Assembly: GCA_964016885.1 (NCBI GenBank)
Contig: OZ024741.1
Location: 252,154,001 to 252,218,000, forward strand
DNA: 64,000 nt
Origin: Eledone cirrhosa
Lineage: Eukaryota
Direction: 5' to 3'
The notes under the pieces were generated by a model, which saw only the letters and a program-made list of their open reading frames with translations, was not told where the DNA came from and ran no database searches. A program made the translations under genes and the position numbers. Shown in pieces: positions 1 through 12,292 of the stretch (its first letter is position 1; each line of letters begins with the position of its first letter).

Positions 1-850
1 ATTAGCCGCTAAAGGGTTCTCTCTAAAAATGAAAGGCAGGCTGTATGATGCCTGCATACGAACAGCAAGGTTACATGGCAGTGAGACTTGGGCATTGTGT
101 GCAGAGGATATACATAGACTGGAGAGGAACGAAGCTTGCATGCTCCGCTGGATGTGTAATGGTAATATACGTGAACAGCAAAGCATAAACGAACTAAGGG
201 AAAAATTAGAAATAAGAAGGATCAGATGTTGTTTACTCGAGAGAAGACTACGTTGGCATGGTCATGTGATGCGCATGAAAGATGACAGCTGTATAAAAAA
301 GTGCAGGGCAATAAAAATAGACGATAGCCACAGAGTAGGCAGACCCAAAAAACCTGGGACGACTTGATAAATTCCGACCTCACACACTTACACCTCTCCA
401 AGACAATGTCACTGGACCGAGATCTTTGGCGCTACACAGTAATACAGAAGACCCACCTTACCTAAGTACAAAGTGAAACCTACTACAGTCAGTAGGCACC
501 TCTAACAAAAATACACCCCCGTCCCACTACCCCCACCCATCCACACGACCCCTTTCAATGTAAAGTTATGTTGGTACCACAACATCCAGTCCGAAACAAA
601 TGAGGTCGTGTAGGTGTCACGACAAAAACACAAAGTCCACGCTGTAATGTGGCCATGTAGGTAACATGGTAAAAACCTCCCAGTCCACACTGTAAACGTG
701 ATTGGTGTTAGGAAGGGCATCCAGCCGTAGAAAACCCGCCAGACAGTCCTATGCGAGCAAAACAACCACTCTTGCCTCAAGTGGGAAAACTCCCGTCCAA
801 ACCCATGCAAGCGTGGAAGATGGACGTTAAACGATGATGATGATGATGAT
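1..850 (+). mobile_element. RTE-clade LINE 3' fragment with 3' UTR and (GAT)n tail
   Basis: ORF 29..367 ([31 protein letters not shown]) matches the C-terminus of the RTE ORF at 58.3-60.0 kb; 3' UTR ends in gatgatgat at ~833-850. Confidence 0.9.
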
Positions 851-1574
851 ATATCCCCAAAATGGCTGACCAAACACACATGTGCTTTTTCTCCCCAAAA
901 AGTTTTTTCTTTCTCTTCTTTTTCTCACTCTCCTTTCTATTTCTCAGTCTATCTTTTGATGAAAGACAAGCATCCAAAATGACAAGACTCTTTCCTACTA
1001 TATCAAGTGTTAAATTAATATCTATCTTCATTACGTCCTCTGTAATCACTGTCCATGTTTCACTAACATGCAGCATTCCACATTACACACTGGCATCATA
1101 CAGTCAGCCTTTTGTTTGTAGAGTGAAACCTTTTGTTGTCAAGAATATAAAAAGTAGTAAACCAATAGGTTTGAGAGATATATTTGTCATTTATTCCATT
1201 TACAGGGAAATACATATATTTGACATGTTTACGTATTTATAAACTTAATTTGTAAACATATATATACACAGTTACACAATCACGGTTACCCCAATACTGT
1301 ATGCATGTAGATATAAATTCATTGTATATGTATACCATAAATACTTGTGTCACACTCTTCCCCATGAAAATAATTACGTAAAAGCAAGCATTTCTTATTT
1401 AGTGGACCTACAAGATCGTATGAGTTAGTCAATAGTCATGAGTCTTGGGGAATATCTGAAAGAATATGATAGCAAATACAAGTGGCAAAAATGGGGTTCC
1501 TCTGTAGGGCCTTTGTAATTATCTTACTTGAAAGGGCGTGTAACTTGGAGATGAAGTAGGCAAGCCAAGTAGAG

Positions 1575-1775
1575 CTCAGACTCAGACTCAGAAGCTCCCG
1601 CATCTTGCAACGTATGAGGCAATCATAGTGTTCCATCGCGTTCGGTCAGCAGCCAGTTGCACAGCGTCCTGCCATTGTCTGTTTGTTGCTCGCAGGTCCC
1701 TCTCAACTGTCTGGTGCCAGTTCATATTGGGTCGCCCTCTCCATCTGCTTCCCTGCGGGCTCCATTTAAGTACTT
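1575..1775 (-). mobile_element. Short 3' fragment of a different RTE-like LINE with a (TGAGTC)n tail
   Basis: Minus-strand translation VLKWSPQGSRWRGRP..W..TVERDL...AADRTRW is a typical RTE C-terminus; tail appears as ctcagactcagactcag on the plus strand. Confidence 0.7.
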
Positions 1776-1809
1776 GGTAGAGCTGCTACTTCTTTAAATT
1801 GAAAGATCA

Positions 1810-2035
1810 CAGCCCTGGTACTACGGACATGTGGTTACAATCACTGACAAATTTATGGACAAAGACAGACACCAAAGTAGACCATTAGCAAGATGGTTGG
1901 ATAACATCCATAAGCTCAATTGGTCTCACTTGGAAATACAGCCAGATTATTTGGAAGCAACTACTTTTGTTAGGACTCTCTGGAGGGTATATCTAAGGAT
2001 TCTGCCCTAATGACCATGACAAGAAGAAGAAGAGG
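1810..2035 (+). mobile_element. Degenerate RTE-like 3' fragment with (GAA)n tail
   Basis: WYYGHVV..RPLARWLDNI-like residues followed by aagaagaagaag. Confidence 0.45.
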
Positions 2036-2285
2036 ATGAAGTGGAGGAGGAGGATAGAAGGCGAATGAAGAGAAAGGAGAGTCAAATATTGAGACACAAA
2101 TGCTATATGTAAAATGGGGTGGGGTTATGATGTATTTACTGGAGCAACGTATACCCTAGTATATACAGCTTATATGTATGTATATATATATATATATATA
2201 AGTATGTATGTATATGTAGCAATATATGTAGGTGTGAAAATGGAAAAAGGAAAACAATGCTCAATTGGGAAGAGAGCATAAATAT

Positions 2286-2466
2286 AATTGTTTCTACTTT
2301 TGGCCCAAGGCCAGTAAATACCCAGTACATTACTGGTACTTCATTTTATCGACCCTGTAAGGATGAAAGGCAAAGTCAACCTCGGCAGGATTTGAACCCA
2401 GAATGGCAAGGGCCGTAACTCTAAGCGTCAAAGCATGGCGTCCGACCTTCTACCGATACTGCCAAT
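2286..2466 (-). mobile_element. tRNA-derived SINE, family A (~185 bp)
   Basis: Same sequence recurs at 20047-20227, 20240-20420, 30881-31067, 31085-31270, 35683-35820, 42538-42706 and 52472-52661; A-box-like TGGCAGTATCGG, B-box-like GTTCAAATC, 3' end ccttgtgccaaaagtagaaacaat(tat)n. Confidence 0.85.
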
Positions 2467-2612
2467 ATAATAATATATATATATATATGTATATAAGCAA
2501 AAGAATGAGTGAATGAAAAAGTTACAAGCCGTTAAAACATATCTTTATATAGCTCTTACATATATATATATATATATATGCATATATATATATGTATATA
2601 TATATTATGTAT

Positions 2613-2942
2613 ATCATCATCATTTTTACGTCCATTTTTCCCTGCTTGCAAGGGTGGGACGGGAACTGATTCTGGCTTGATTTCTACAGCTGGATGCCCT
2701 TCCTAACACCAACCTCATTTACAGTGAGTGCTGGGTGCTTTTTTGCCATGGCACCTCCACGACCACTTTGCAGTGGAATGATAGGGACCCCAGTCCCTAT
2801 CATCTCATTTATACAGCTGAGTAAACTGGAGCAATGTGAAATAAAGTATCTTGCTCAAGGAAACAACACATCATCCGGTCTGAGAATTGAACTCACAACT
2901 TTCGATTGCAAGGCCAATGCTCTAACCACTAAGCCATGTGCC
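2613..2942 (-). mobile_element. tRNA-derived SINE, family B: tRNA head, CORE-like body, RTE-derived 3' tail
   Basis: Minus strand reads GGCACATGGCTTAGTGGTTAGAGC (A box)..GTTCAATTC (B box)..CCTTGAGCAAGATACT (CORE-like)..GTTAGGAAGGGCATCCAGC..(GAT)n; the tail is shared with the RTE 3' UTR. Second copy at 11948-12292. Confidence 0.85.
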
Positions 2943-2956
2943 TTCATATATATATG

Positions 2957-2987
<31 letters not shown>

Positions 2988-3007
2988 GTGTGTGTGCGTG
3001 TGTGTAC

Positions 3008-3041
<34 letters not shown>

Positions 3042-3082
3042 GTATATATATATGTGTGTGTGTGTGTACATATATATATATA

Positions 3083-3302
3083 ATGAAGGAAATGTGGTAA
3101 GGAACCAGGTGGACCATAACGCACCAAAGTACTCAATACTTAGGGTAGTAGAGTGGGTAATAGGAACAAGTAGGACCCCGACGGCTGAGCTCTAGCCGTT
3201 TCGACGGCTAATTCTGGACTAAAATTCTGGACTAAAATGATTTTAGTCCAGAATTAGCCATCGAAACGGCTTGAGCTCAGCCGTCGGGGTTCTACTCGTT
3301 CC

Positions 3303-3304
<2 letters not shown>
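3083..3304. repeat. Palindromic non-autonomous element in a TA microsatellite (~65-bp inverted arms, 3160-3304)
   Basis: taggaac..gacggctgagctctagccgtttcgacggctaattctggactaaaat mirrors attttagtccagaattagccatcgaaacggcttgagctcagccgtc..gttccta; relatives at 36945-37060 and 49605-49770. Confidence 0.8.
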
Positions 3305-3355
<51 letters not shown>

Positions 3356-3585
3356 GTAAATGTGTGTGTGTGTTTGTATAAGTCGCCTCCTTGTCCATGA
3401 AAATAATTATATATATATATACCAGTATGTGGCATATTTACTCAACCTACAAACTTTTATGTACATGTCAAGTATTGAGCCAAGAGTGGCGTATGTAAGT
3501 TGGGTGTTATGACATATCAACTGGTGCATCATATACAGTAGTATATTCAGTAAATGTTTAAAATAACTCTCCTCATTTTACTTAC

Positions 3586-6030
3586 TTGTACAGTTGATGG
3601 AGGTCTCTTCTCTAATGACACAGTAGTAGCCCATTCACTCTGAGATTCATACTGTGGGTAAAACTCTCTCTTACATTCCACAAACTGAGTGTTTCTTTTA
3701 TTCATCTCTGCAGAATACCTCACTGGATTACCAGGGGTATTGCTGTTGCTGCTGCTGCTCTGACAAGTTAAAGTTTGATCTCTTCTGTTACATACAACTG
3801 TTCGATCAACAGCCCTACTGTTCCTTGATCTAGATTGACCACAGTTACATTTCACAATACACAGTGTGATGGACACCACTATGACCACAGATACTATTAC
3901 AGCTGCTACTACAATGATAATTAGCAATGTTAAGTCTATAGCAGCATCTGGCTGTAAATGAGATGCTGTCATTATAGATGATGTCCTGTTACTGACTGTC
4001 ACACTCAAAGACACAGTAGTTGTGGCTGACATCACTGGGGTACCAGAATCTTTTACCATAAGCACCAGTTGATATGAGCCAGCTTCATTGAGATAAGGTG
4101 GACGTGAGAAAGACAAATGACCAGTAAAAGAGTTCAGTTTAAACAACTGTTTATTGTTACCATCAAGTATTCCATATTTGAGGAAGGCATTTAAATGGCT
4201 GTCTCTATCAGAGGCTCTAATCACAGTGATTTCATTAGTACTTAGTGGATGGTAGTGGACATCAAGTGTGAAAGGGTCGACACTAGGAAATGTAAAATAA
4301 GGAGCATTATCGTTCTCGTCTAAAACCTCTACAATAACATTGGCAGTGTTGTTCAGTGAAGGTGTTCCTTTATCTTGGACAAAAACTTTGAATTTATAGA
4401 CGTCTTGTTGTTCTCTGTCCAGTACTATAGAGGTTGAAATAAAACCATAGTCGGTCACTTTGAATGGTATACCATTTATATTATTGCTAATTAAACTATA
4501 AGATAGTTGACCTCCAGCTTCTAAGTCCTGGTCAGTGGCATTAATGAAACCAATTGGAAAGTTAGGTATACCATTCTCATAGGTGAGGAATTTAAATGTA
4601 TTTTTGGTAAATTGAGGTTTGCCATCGTTGATATCTGTTACTTGGATAAATATTTTTCTGTTTGTTTTCAAAGAAGGAGATCCTTTGTCTTCACAAGAAA
4701 TACTGATGTCATAATGATCTCGTGTTTCTCTGTCCACTGGTTTTTTTAAAGTTATTTTGTATTCATTTGATCCTAAATCTAAAAGAAGGAAATTTTCATG
4801 GTATAGTTTACATTCCACCTCACCATTCTGTCCAATGTCATTATCAATAATACTGACATACGCTATGAAACTGCCGACTTTGGTTCCTTCAGAAATAGCT
4901 GCTGTATTCTCTTTAATCTGGGTAACAAAGTTTATATCAATTTCAGGTGGATTGTTCCTTTCATTGATCACATTCACTACAACAATGGCAGTAGAGCTTC
5001 TTGGAGGATTTCCACCATCTTTGGCCATAATAAATAGTTCATAGTTTTGTTTTTTAGCCCTTCTGAATATTTCTTGCAGAAATATTTCCCCTGTCATGTG
5101 ATTGAGTCTGAAATAAGCTTTCACTTTAACTGGTGATTCTGAGCTGAACAAATAAGTAATTTGGCTATTTTCTCCAGAATCTAAATCTTTAGCAGACACC
5201 ATTGCAATTGGCCTGTTTCTTTGATGAGTGTTTTTTACTGTGATATTATAAATATCTTTACTAAATATTGGTGAGTTATCATTTAAGTCAATGACAGATA
5301 TGTGTACATTTAAAATGCCTTGTTTTGATGGATAACCTCCATCTTTGGCAATGACTTGGAGTTTATAAGAATCTTTTACCTCCCTGTCTAATTTTCTTGC
5401 CAAAATAATTCCTAGTTCAGAGCTACCAGTGATGGTTTTCTTTACAGACAACGTAAATGGTAGATCTGGTTTATTTCTTAACTGATATGTTATCTTTGAA
5501 TTTACAACTCCTACATCTTTATCATTGGCATTAGGTACAGCTAACATTACACCTTTACCATCTCTTTCAGTAAATTGAAGGTCCAGTTCTCTTGTAGGAA
5601 ACATTGGTTGGTGATCATTAATATCATCAATGATAATCTTCACTTTTAAGATATTCATGTATTGAGTACTTGCCCTCTCAGACAGTTGTACAGCTACTTT
5701 AATGATCCTTGAGCATTCCTTTTTCACTCTACACAGAGTCTCAGCATCGATCATATGTGCAGTGTATAGCTTCCCTCTCTTTGTTACATTGAACAGACCC
5801 ACCTGGTCTCTGGCCACTTTCTGTAACTGATTAAATGATATCAAACTTGAATGTTTCAATGACGATGAGTCACTCATCAGTAAGAAGTCTGCAGCAATAT
5901 CACCGACATAAGTCCCCTGCCTCTGTTCTTCTTCCACGTGATAGGTGATGTCTACACAGAGATAACCCTTCAGATAAATTAATACTGTGACCAGTGGCAG
6001 TAACATGTGGTATGTTGCTATGCCTGCCAT
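3586..6030 (-). CDS. Protocadherin, large coding exon (signal peptide, 6 cadherin repeats, TM helix, start of cytoplasmic tail); gene continues in downstream exon(s)
   Basis: 827-aa ORF with cadherin motifs (DINDHQPMF, LDRE, DLNDNSPIF, DINDGKPQF, DENDNAPYF) and hydrophobic TM LLIIIVVAAVIVSVVIVVSITLCIV. Canonical donor CAA|GTAAGT at 3586/3585 (phase 0, after Q815) and acceptor ttctgttttgtattttcag| at 6130/6129, giving exon 3586-6129 with 99 nt of 5' UTR. Confidence 0.95.
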
Positions 6031-7139
6031 TTTTGGTTTCTTGGAAACTAGTCATTGTCGTCACCATCAACTTCAACAACAACATTATCATCAGCATCAG
6101 CAAATGTCTGGCGGATGAACCAACCAATTCTGAAAATACAAAACAGAAGTGATAATTTGCAAATGTAAATTATCTGCGATTGTGTATTTAGTTTGAAATG
6201 TCAGCGGTCAAAGTTCAGTTATCAATTTGAGAAAGGAAAAGTTACACAATGAACACAGAACAAGGTGGAAGACTAATTAAGATGGTCATGTCAAAGGATA
6301 AATATACATAGCACTAAACTTTGGTGTGGTTATATAGTAGGGTTATATATTTATTTATTTTACATTACATTTGATGAATAATTGCATCATTGCTTACAGG
6401 TTCTCAATGCACTTATCTTTGGTTCATTGCATTTCTAATAGCAAGAGTGTCATTGGAGCATCTGTAACTCTGTGTAGAAGAAATATTTCCTGGAATTTTC
6501 TTTGAAAAGCACACATGTTTCTGCTTTCATGCTGATATTTTAATATTCTGCCAATGATATATGTACACACTATACACATAGTACTAAACACACACACACT
6601 GTAAATGAATTTATGAAGCTACCATTTACCTAACTAATGTGATTTTCCTTCATCAAAATTTGGGACACAGTAAATCCTAATTAGGAATGTGTGAGAAACA
6701 CTTTTAGAGACATTACACAAACCACAAATCCACCTTTAAATTTACAAGTAGGAGGAACACCACAGCTCTTTCAAGCTATGTATGGTGACTAAAGGAGAAA
6801 CACACTTATCTCAAAATCTCATAATCAATCTCAGCCTACAACTGCATATACATTAATAGAAAAAAGTTTTCCAATCTTTTTGAAAAAGAAAAAAAATTCT
6901 AATACAGCAAATATTTTTATTGAAAAAAAAAAACCTGTTTTATCTCTGTAATTGCTATAAAACATATAAGCCAGAATAATTCACCAGATATAGATCATCA
7001 TTCCTCAAGAGATTAATCAACTGACAAAGTCATTTCTCTCTTACAAAAAGAAACAACTAACAATTAATGTGTTTATATAAGTTCCCTACTCTATATCAAC
7101 CTCTCTAATCCCCATGCACATCCCCTAATCAACACTTCA

Positions 7140-7445
7140 AAGTGATTGTGTTGGTGACACAACAAAAAATGCCCAGCCCACACTGAAAAACGGTCATGTT
7201 GGTATCATGACAAAAACTGTTCAGCGCACACTGTAAAGGGGTCATTTTGGTGACACAATAAAAAGTACCTAGCATTCACAGTAAATATGGTTGGCATTAG
7301 GAAGAATAGCCAGCTGTAGAAACCAAACCAGAATCAGTTCTGTATGAGCAAGACACAGTCACCTGATCTGGCTTGTCTCACAATAGGACAACTTCTCTAA
7401 CTCATGCGAGCACGGAAAAATGGATAATAAATGATGATGATGTTG
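7140..7445 (+). mobile_element. Diverged SINE/RTE 3'-UTR-derived element with (GAT)n tail
   Basis: ggttggcattaggaagaatagccagctgtagaaacc..atgatgatg resembles the RTE 3' UTR at 59950-60310. Confidence 0.6.
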
Positions 7446-7469
7446 ATTATATATATATATATATATATA

Positions 7470-8285
7470 AAGGAACTGGCATAAATTCTATAAAATAAAC
7501 ACAATCTGCATTGTGTATATCTTGGGTACACAAGAGATGTAGTGTGATAGCAGGCAAACTAACAGGTAGGGAAAACTATGTATGCAGTAGATGTACAGGG
7601 AAATTTGACAGTAGTAATCACAGTGTGATAGACACAGTTTTCAAATGCAGGTGGGTTCTATAGAAGTGGTTGATAGCTTCCGGTACCTAGGTGATCAGAT
7701 TAGCATGGGAGAGGGGTGTTCCGAGGCCATAGTATCTAGAATAAGGACGGGTTGGAAGAAGTTTAGGGAGCTGCTTCCTCTGTTGACAAAGAAGTGTTTC
7801 TCCCTGCGTATGAAAAGCCGGTTATATGATGTCTGTGTGAAATGCGTGATGCTGCATGGTAGTGAGACATGGGCAACAACTACAGAGGTATGCAACAGCT
7901 GGAGAGAAATGAAGCAAGCATGCTCCGATGGATGTGCAATGTCAATGTGCGTGAACAACCAAGCATAGATGAGTTGAGAGAGAAACTGTGTATAAGAGAG
8001 ATAGGTTGTGGTGTGCAGGAGAGAAGACTGAGATGGTATAGACATGTGATGCGCATGGAGGATGACCACTGGGTAAAGAAGTGCCAAGAAATCCCAGTAG
8101 ACGGAAGACACAGTAGAGGAAGACCACGAAAAACATGGGCGGAGGTGGTGAGAGCAGACCTTAGATCGCTGAAGCTCACGGAGGAGATGACGAAGGACCG
8201 TGACAAGTGGAGAGATGCTGTGCTGAATAGGACCCGTCCCACCCCTGCAAGCAGGGAAAAGCGGACGTAAAATGATGATGATGAT
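7470..8285 (+). mobile_element. 5'-truncated, frameshifted RTE LINE (distinct subfamily)
   Basis: ORFs 7645..7968 and 7869..8270 ([23 protein letters not shown]; RRLRWYRHV..GRPRKTW); PHD remnant at ~7500-7600; (ATG)n tail. Confidence 0.9.
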
Positions 8286-8453
8286 AATTATGATGATATA
8301 TATAAATTTTGAGTATATGTTGGTTGTTTACCGACACCTCAGTATGCAGATTGGAGCACTCGACGAAGTACGCAGGTTGGTTTGTTTACTCCGGAGTAAT
8401 GTAAAATAAGTAAGTCAAATATGTAAAATTTGGCTTCATTTATTATAAATTCT

Positions 8454-8506
8454 CTGCTATATATATTTCGGTGACAGCTATTATTGGCTGTGACTTCTTC
8501 AGGCAG
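8454..8506 (-). ncRNA. Minimal type I hammerhead ribozyme motif
   Basis: Minus strand: ctgc CTGAAGA agtcacagc-caataata-gctgtcacc GAAA t atat ATA gcag. Confidence 0.6.
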
Positions 8507-9283
8507 TACTAATTAATGTGGAAAAGACAGGTAAACATGTTGTTGAAATGTGCTCCACTCTGTCAATTCATCGATATGTCCAGCTTCTGGGTGTGTTGTT
8601 AGTCCTCTGAGGAACTGGAATATATATATATATATCATCATTTTGTCTACTTTTACATGGTTGCATGGGTTGGATGGGTCTTCTCAAGCATAGTTTCCTT
8701 CCAGTATAATGGTGGGTAATGTTTTTTTGTTTTATCAAGTATGAACAACATAGAGTTACCTGCCTTGATGATGAATATACACCCAGGCTGGTTAGTTTCC
8801 CTTACAACTTAGAAACTTAAGTTATAATTTTATTGCAGCAAATTAGACCACATGAACTGACCTTACTGTTGGCCAGTAATGAGTGGATTTACTAGCAATA
8901 TGCAATTACATCTCCATCCATGAATGACATTTGAAAGATCACACACATTTTTTTTGTGTTTGTGAAACTTTAAGTAATGTACTATTAAGTCATTGACTGT
9001 TTACCTGTAAATATAAACTATACATGGTGTAATGAATGATTTTATTTGTTTGTCAAAATAAATGTGTATCTCCTACATCAGATGTAGTATCCTAGACAGG
9101 AAATACCCTTACCATCTCAGAACCTGCTACTGACAGATTTGCCTCTGTAAAAAGTTGCACATTGCACATTGTTAGTGCGGGACATACCTATTAGTTTTTA
9201 TTTGTTAACACTAAATCATCAAGAATTTATATATAATCACTGTAGATTTTAGAAAATATCATATATTTTCACTAGCTCTGACA

Positions 9284-9365
9284 GTTGGCAGGTGAACAGT
9301 GAACTGCGCTGATGAAGGGTAATACCCAGAAAAATTAACGTTTGCAGTTCTGTTTACATGCCAAC
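9284..9365 (+). ncRNA. Type I hammerhead ribozyme motif with long stem I and degenerate stem III
   Basis: gttggcaggtgaacagtgaactgcg CTGATGA a gggt-aat-accc a GAAA aattaac GTT tgcagttctgtttacatgccaac; the flanks pair over ~20 bp. Confidence 0.65.
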
Positions 9366-9571
9366 ACAAGTGCAAGAATCAGGGGCTCATTCTACTGACA
9401 TGGCTTTGAAAAAGAGGCTGTTTGCATAATTGCAAACGAATTGAATATTATTATTAATATTCGAAAAACTCAGATTACAGTTAGTATTCAGCCATATAGA
9501 GCGATAATTTTTTTTTTATTTTTATTTTTAATTTGTATATATATATATATATATATTATTTATTCTTTATC

Positions 9572-9755
9572 AAAAACCTCCCAGCCCCACACTGTAAATG
9601 TGGTTGGTGTTAGGAAGGGCATCCAACTGTAGAAAACCCGCCAGACAGTCCTATGCGAGCAAGACAACCACTCTTGCCTCAAGTGGGAAAACTCCCGTCC
9701 AAACCCATGCAAGCGTGGAACATGGACGTTAAACGATGATGATGATGATGATGAT
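9572..9755 (+). mobile_element. RTE 3'-UTR fragment with (GAT)n tail
   Basis: Near-identical to 60123-60310. Confidence 0.85.
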
Positions 9756-9930
9756 ATCAGTATGATATATATATATATATGAGAGGAAATAGATGTATCC
9801 CTTTTATGTAGATGATTGCATAATTGCATCGGACCTGTGTAAGAGATCCTATTATGCAATAAATTTTTCTTTGGTTTTCAACGGATTTTGTTTTGTTTTA
9901 TCCTTGCACCCTATTCACTTTATATATATA

Positions 9931-11415
9931 TCATCATCATCATCATCATCATCAACGTTTAACGTCCGTGTTCCACGCTTGCATGGGTTTGGACGGGGGT
10001 AGTCCCACTTGAGGCAAGAGTGATTGTCTTGCTCGCATAGGGCTGTCTGGCCGGTTTTCTACAGTTGGATGCCCTTCCTAACACCAACCACATTTACAGT
10101 GTGGGTCTGGGAGGTTTTTACCGTGTTGCCTACACGGCCACATTACAGCGTGGACTGTGTGTTTTTTTGTTGTGACACCTACACGATCTCATTTGTTTCG
10201 GCCTGGATGGCGCGGCACCAACATAACTTTACATAGAACGGGGTGGTGTGGGTGGGGTGGGGGTGGTGGCGGGACGGGGTGTATTTTGTTAGAGATGCCT
10301 ACTGGCAAGGCGGGTCTTCTCTGTTACTGAGTACCGCCAAAGGTCTCGGTCCAGTGACATTGTCTTGGAGAGGTGTAAGTGTGTGAGGTCGGAGTTTATC
10401 AGCTCATCCCATGTTTTTCTAGGTCTGCCTATTCCGTGGCTACCGTCTATCTTTATTGCCCTGCACTTTGTTATACAGCTATCGACTTTCATGCGTATCA
10501 CGTGTCCATACCAACGCAGCCTTCTCTCGAGTAAACAACATCTGATCCCTCTTATCTCTAATTTTTTCCTTAGTTCGTTTATGCTTTGCCGTTCACGTAT
10601 ATTACTGTTACACATCCAGCGGAGCATGCAAGCTTCGTTCCTCTCTAGTCTGCGTATATCCTCTGCACACAATGCCCAGGTCTCACTACCATGCAACATT
10701 GCTGTTCGTATGCAGGCATCGTACAACCTGCCTTTCATTTTTAGGGAGAACCCTTTAGCAGCTAATAGTGGTATAAGCTCTCTGAACTTTTTCCAACCAG
10801 TTCTGACTCTAGCTACAGTACTTTCAGAGCACCCTCCCCCACTGCTGATTTTATCGCCCAGGTAACGGAAGCTGTCCACTATTTCTATAGAACCCTCTGC
10901 GCAATTGAAAAAGCTAGTATTTTGTGGGCACTTGCTGCTACTTATTGCACCAGAACACCGGCCACATGTAAAATCTATGTTCTTAGTTAGCTTACCTGTG
11001 ATCCCACTACATCTTTTATGCACCCATACTTTGCATTTAGGACATAAAATGGAGTTTCTACCTACGCCTTTCCTACACACCGAGCACGACCATTTCCCAG
11101 AAGGGACCGCCGCCTTGTTTTCTTTCCTACAAACTAGAACTTTGGTCTTAGCCAGGTTAATTTTAAGTCCTTTTGACTCTAGGCCGTGCTTCCATGTTTG
11201 GAATTTCTTCTCTAGCTCGGCCATTGATTCCGCTATGAGTGTCAGGTCGTCTGCGTATAGGAGTTCCCATGGGCAGCCTTTCTTGAACTCCTCTGTTATA
11301 GCCTGAAGGGCAATAATAAATAGTAGGGGGCTGAAAACAGAGCCCTGATGGACGCCAACTTTTACGCTAAACTCTTCACTATATTCGTTGTTAATTCTAA
11401 CCTTGCTGACTGTTT

Positions 11416-11420
<5 letters not shown>
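9931..11420 (-). mobile_element. Young 5'-truncated RTE LINE inserted in a TA microsatellite
   Basis: ORF 10289..11224 is near-identical to the C-terminal part of ORF 57683..59953; YADD at ~11247-11258; (GAT)n tail at 9931-9953; TA runs on both sides. Confidence 0.95.
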
Positions 11421-11445
<25 letters not shown>

Positions 11446-11450
<5 letters not shown>

Positions 11451-11838
11451 TCTTAACCAAATATACACTCCAACCCACTACCCCTACTCCACCCTCCCAC
11501 TCCCACCAACACCACCCCTTTCTCTGCACAGTTATGCTGGTACCACAACATCCAGTCCGAAACAAATGAGGGCGTGTAGGTGTCACGACAAAAAAACACA
11601 CAGTCCATGCTGTAAAGTGGCTGTGTAGGTAACACGGTAAAAACCTGCCAGTCCACACTGTAAATGAGGTTGGTGTTAGGAAGGGCATCCAGCCATAGAA
11701 AACCTGCCAGATAGTCCTATTCAAGCGAGACACGGTCACCCGACCAATCTTGCCTCAAGTGGGACAATTCTCGTCTAACCCATGCTGGCGTGGAAGATAG
11801 ATGTTAAACGACGATGATGATGATGATGATGATGATGA
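11446..11838 (+). mobile_element. RTE 3'-UTR-derived element with (GAT)n tail
   Basis: Homologous to 500-850 and 59950-60310. Confidence 0.8.
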
Positions 11839-11947
11839 TATACATTTGCTCGTTTGTTCAACACTATATGTTGCTAGACACTGCGGCTTAATATGGGATG
11901 TTTGTTTACAAACGCACCGAGCATTATAATAAATGTTTGGTGAATCC

Positions 11948-12292
11948 ATCATCATCATTCATCATCATTTCATTTTACGTCCGCTTTTCCCTGCTTGCAA
12001 GGGTGGGACGGGAACTGATTCTGGCTTGATTTCTACAGCTGGATGCCCTTCCTAACACCAACTTCATTTACAGTGAGTACTGGGTGCTTTTTTGCCGTGG
12101 CACCTCCACGACCACTTTGCAGTGGAATGATATGGACCCCAGTCCCTATCATCTCATTTCTACAGCTGAGTAAACTGGAGCAATGTGAAATAAAGTGTCT
12201 TGCTCAAGGAAACAACACATCACCCGGTCTGAGAATTGAACTCACAACCTTTCGATTGCAAGGCCAATGCTCTAACCACTAAGCTGTGTGCC
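11948..12292 (-). mobile_element. SINE family B inserted into the hammerhead repeat (TCCAT duplicated)
   Basis: Near-identical to 2613-2942; the uninterrupted junction ggtgaatccatacgtac is present at ~12713-12729. Confidence 0.85.

Noticed and set aside
2870-2942. tRNA gene
   Set aside because: A and B boxes are present, but they form the head of a multi-copy SINE and no complete cloverleaf is evident.
3547-3585. Last 12 codons and stop of the protocadherin ORF
   Set aside because: They follow a consensus GTAAGT donor and are most likely intronic read-through.
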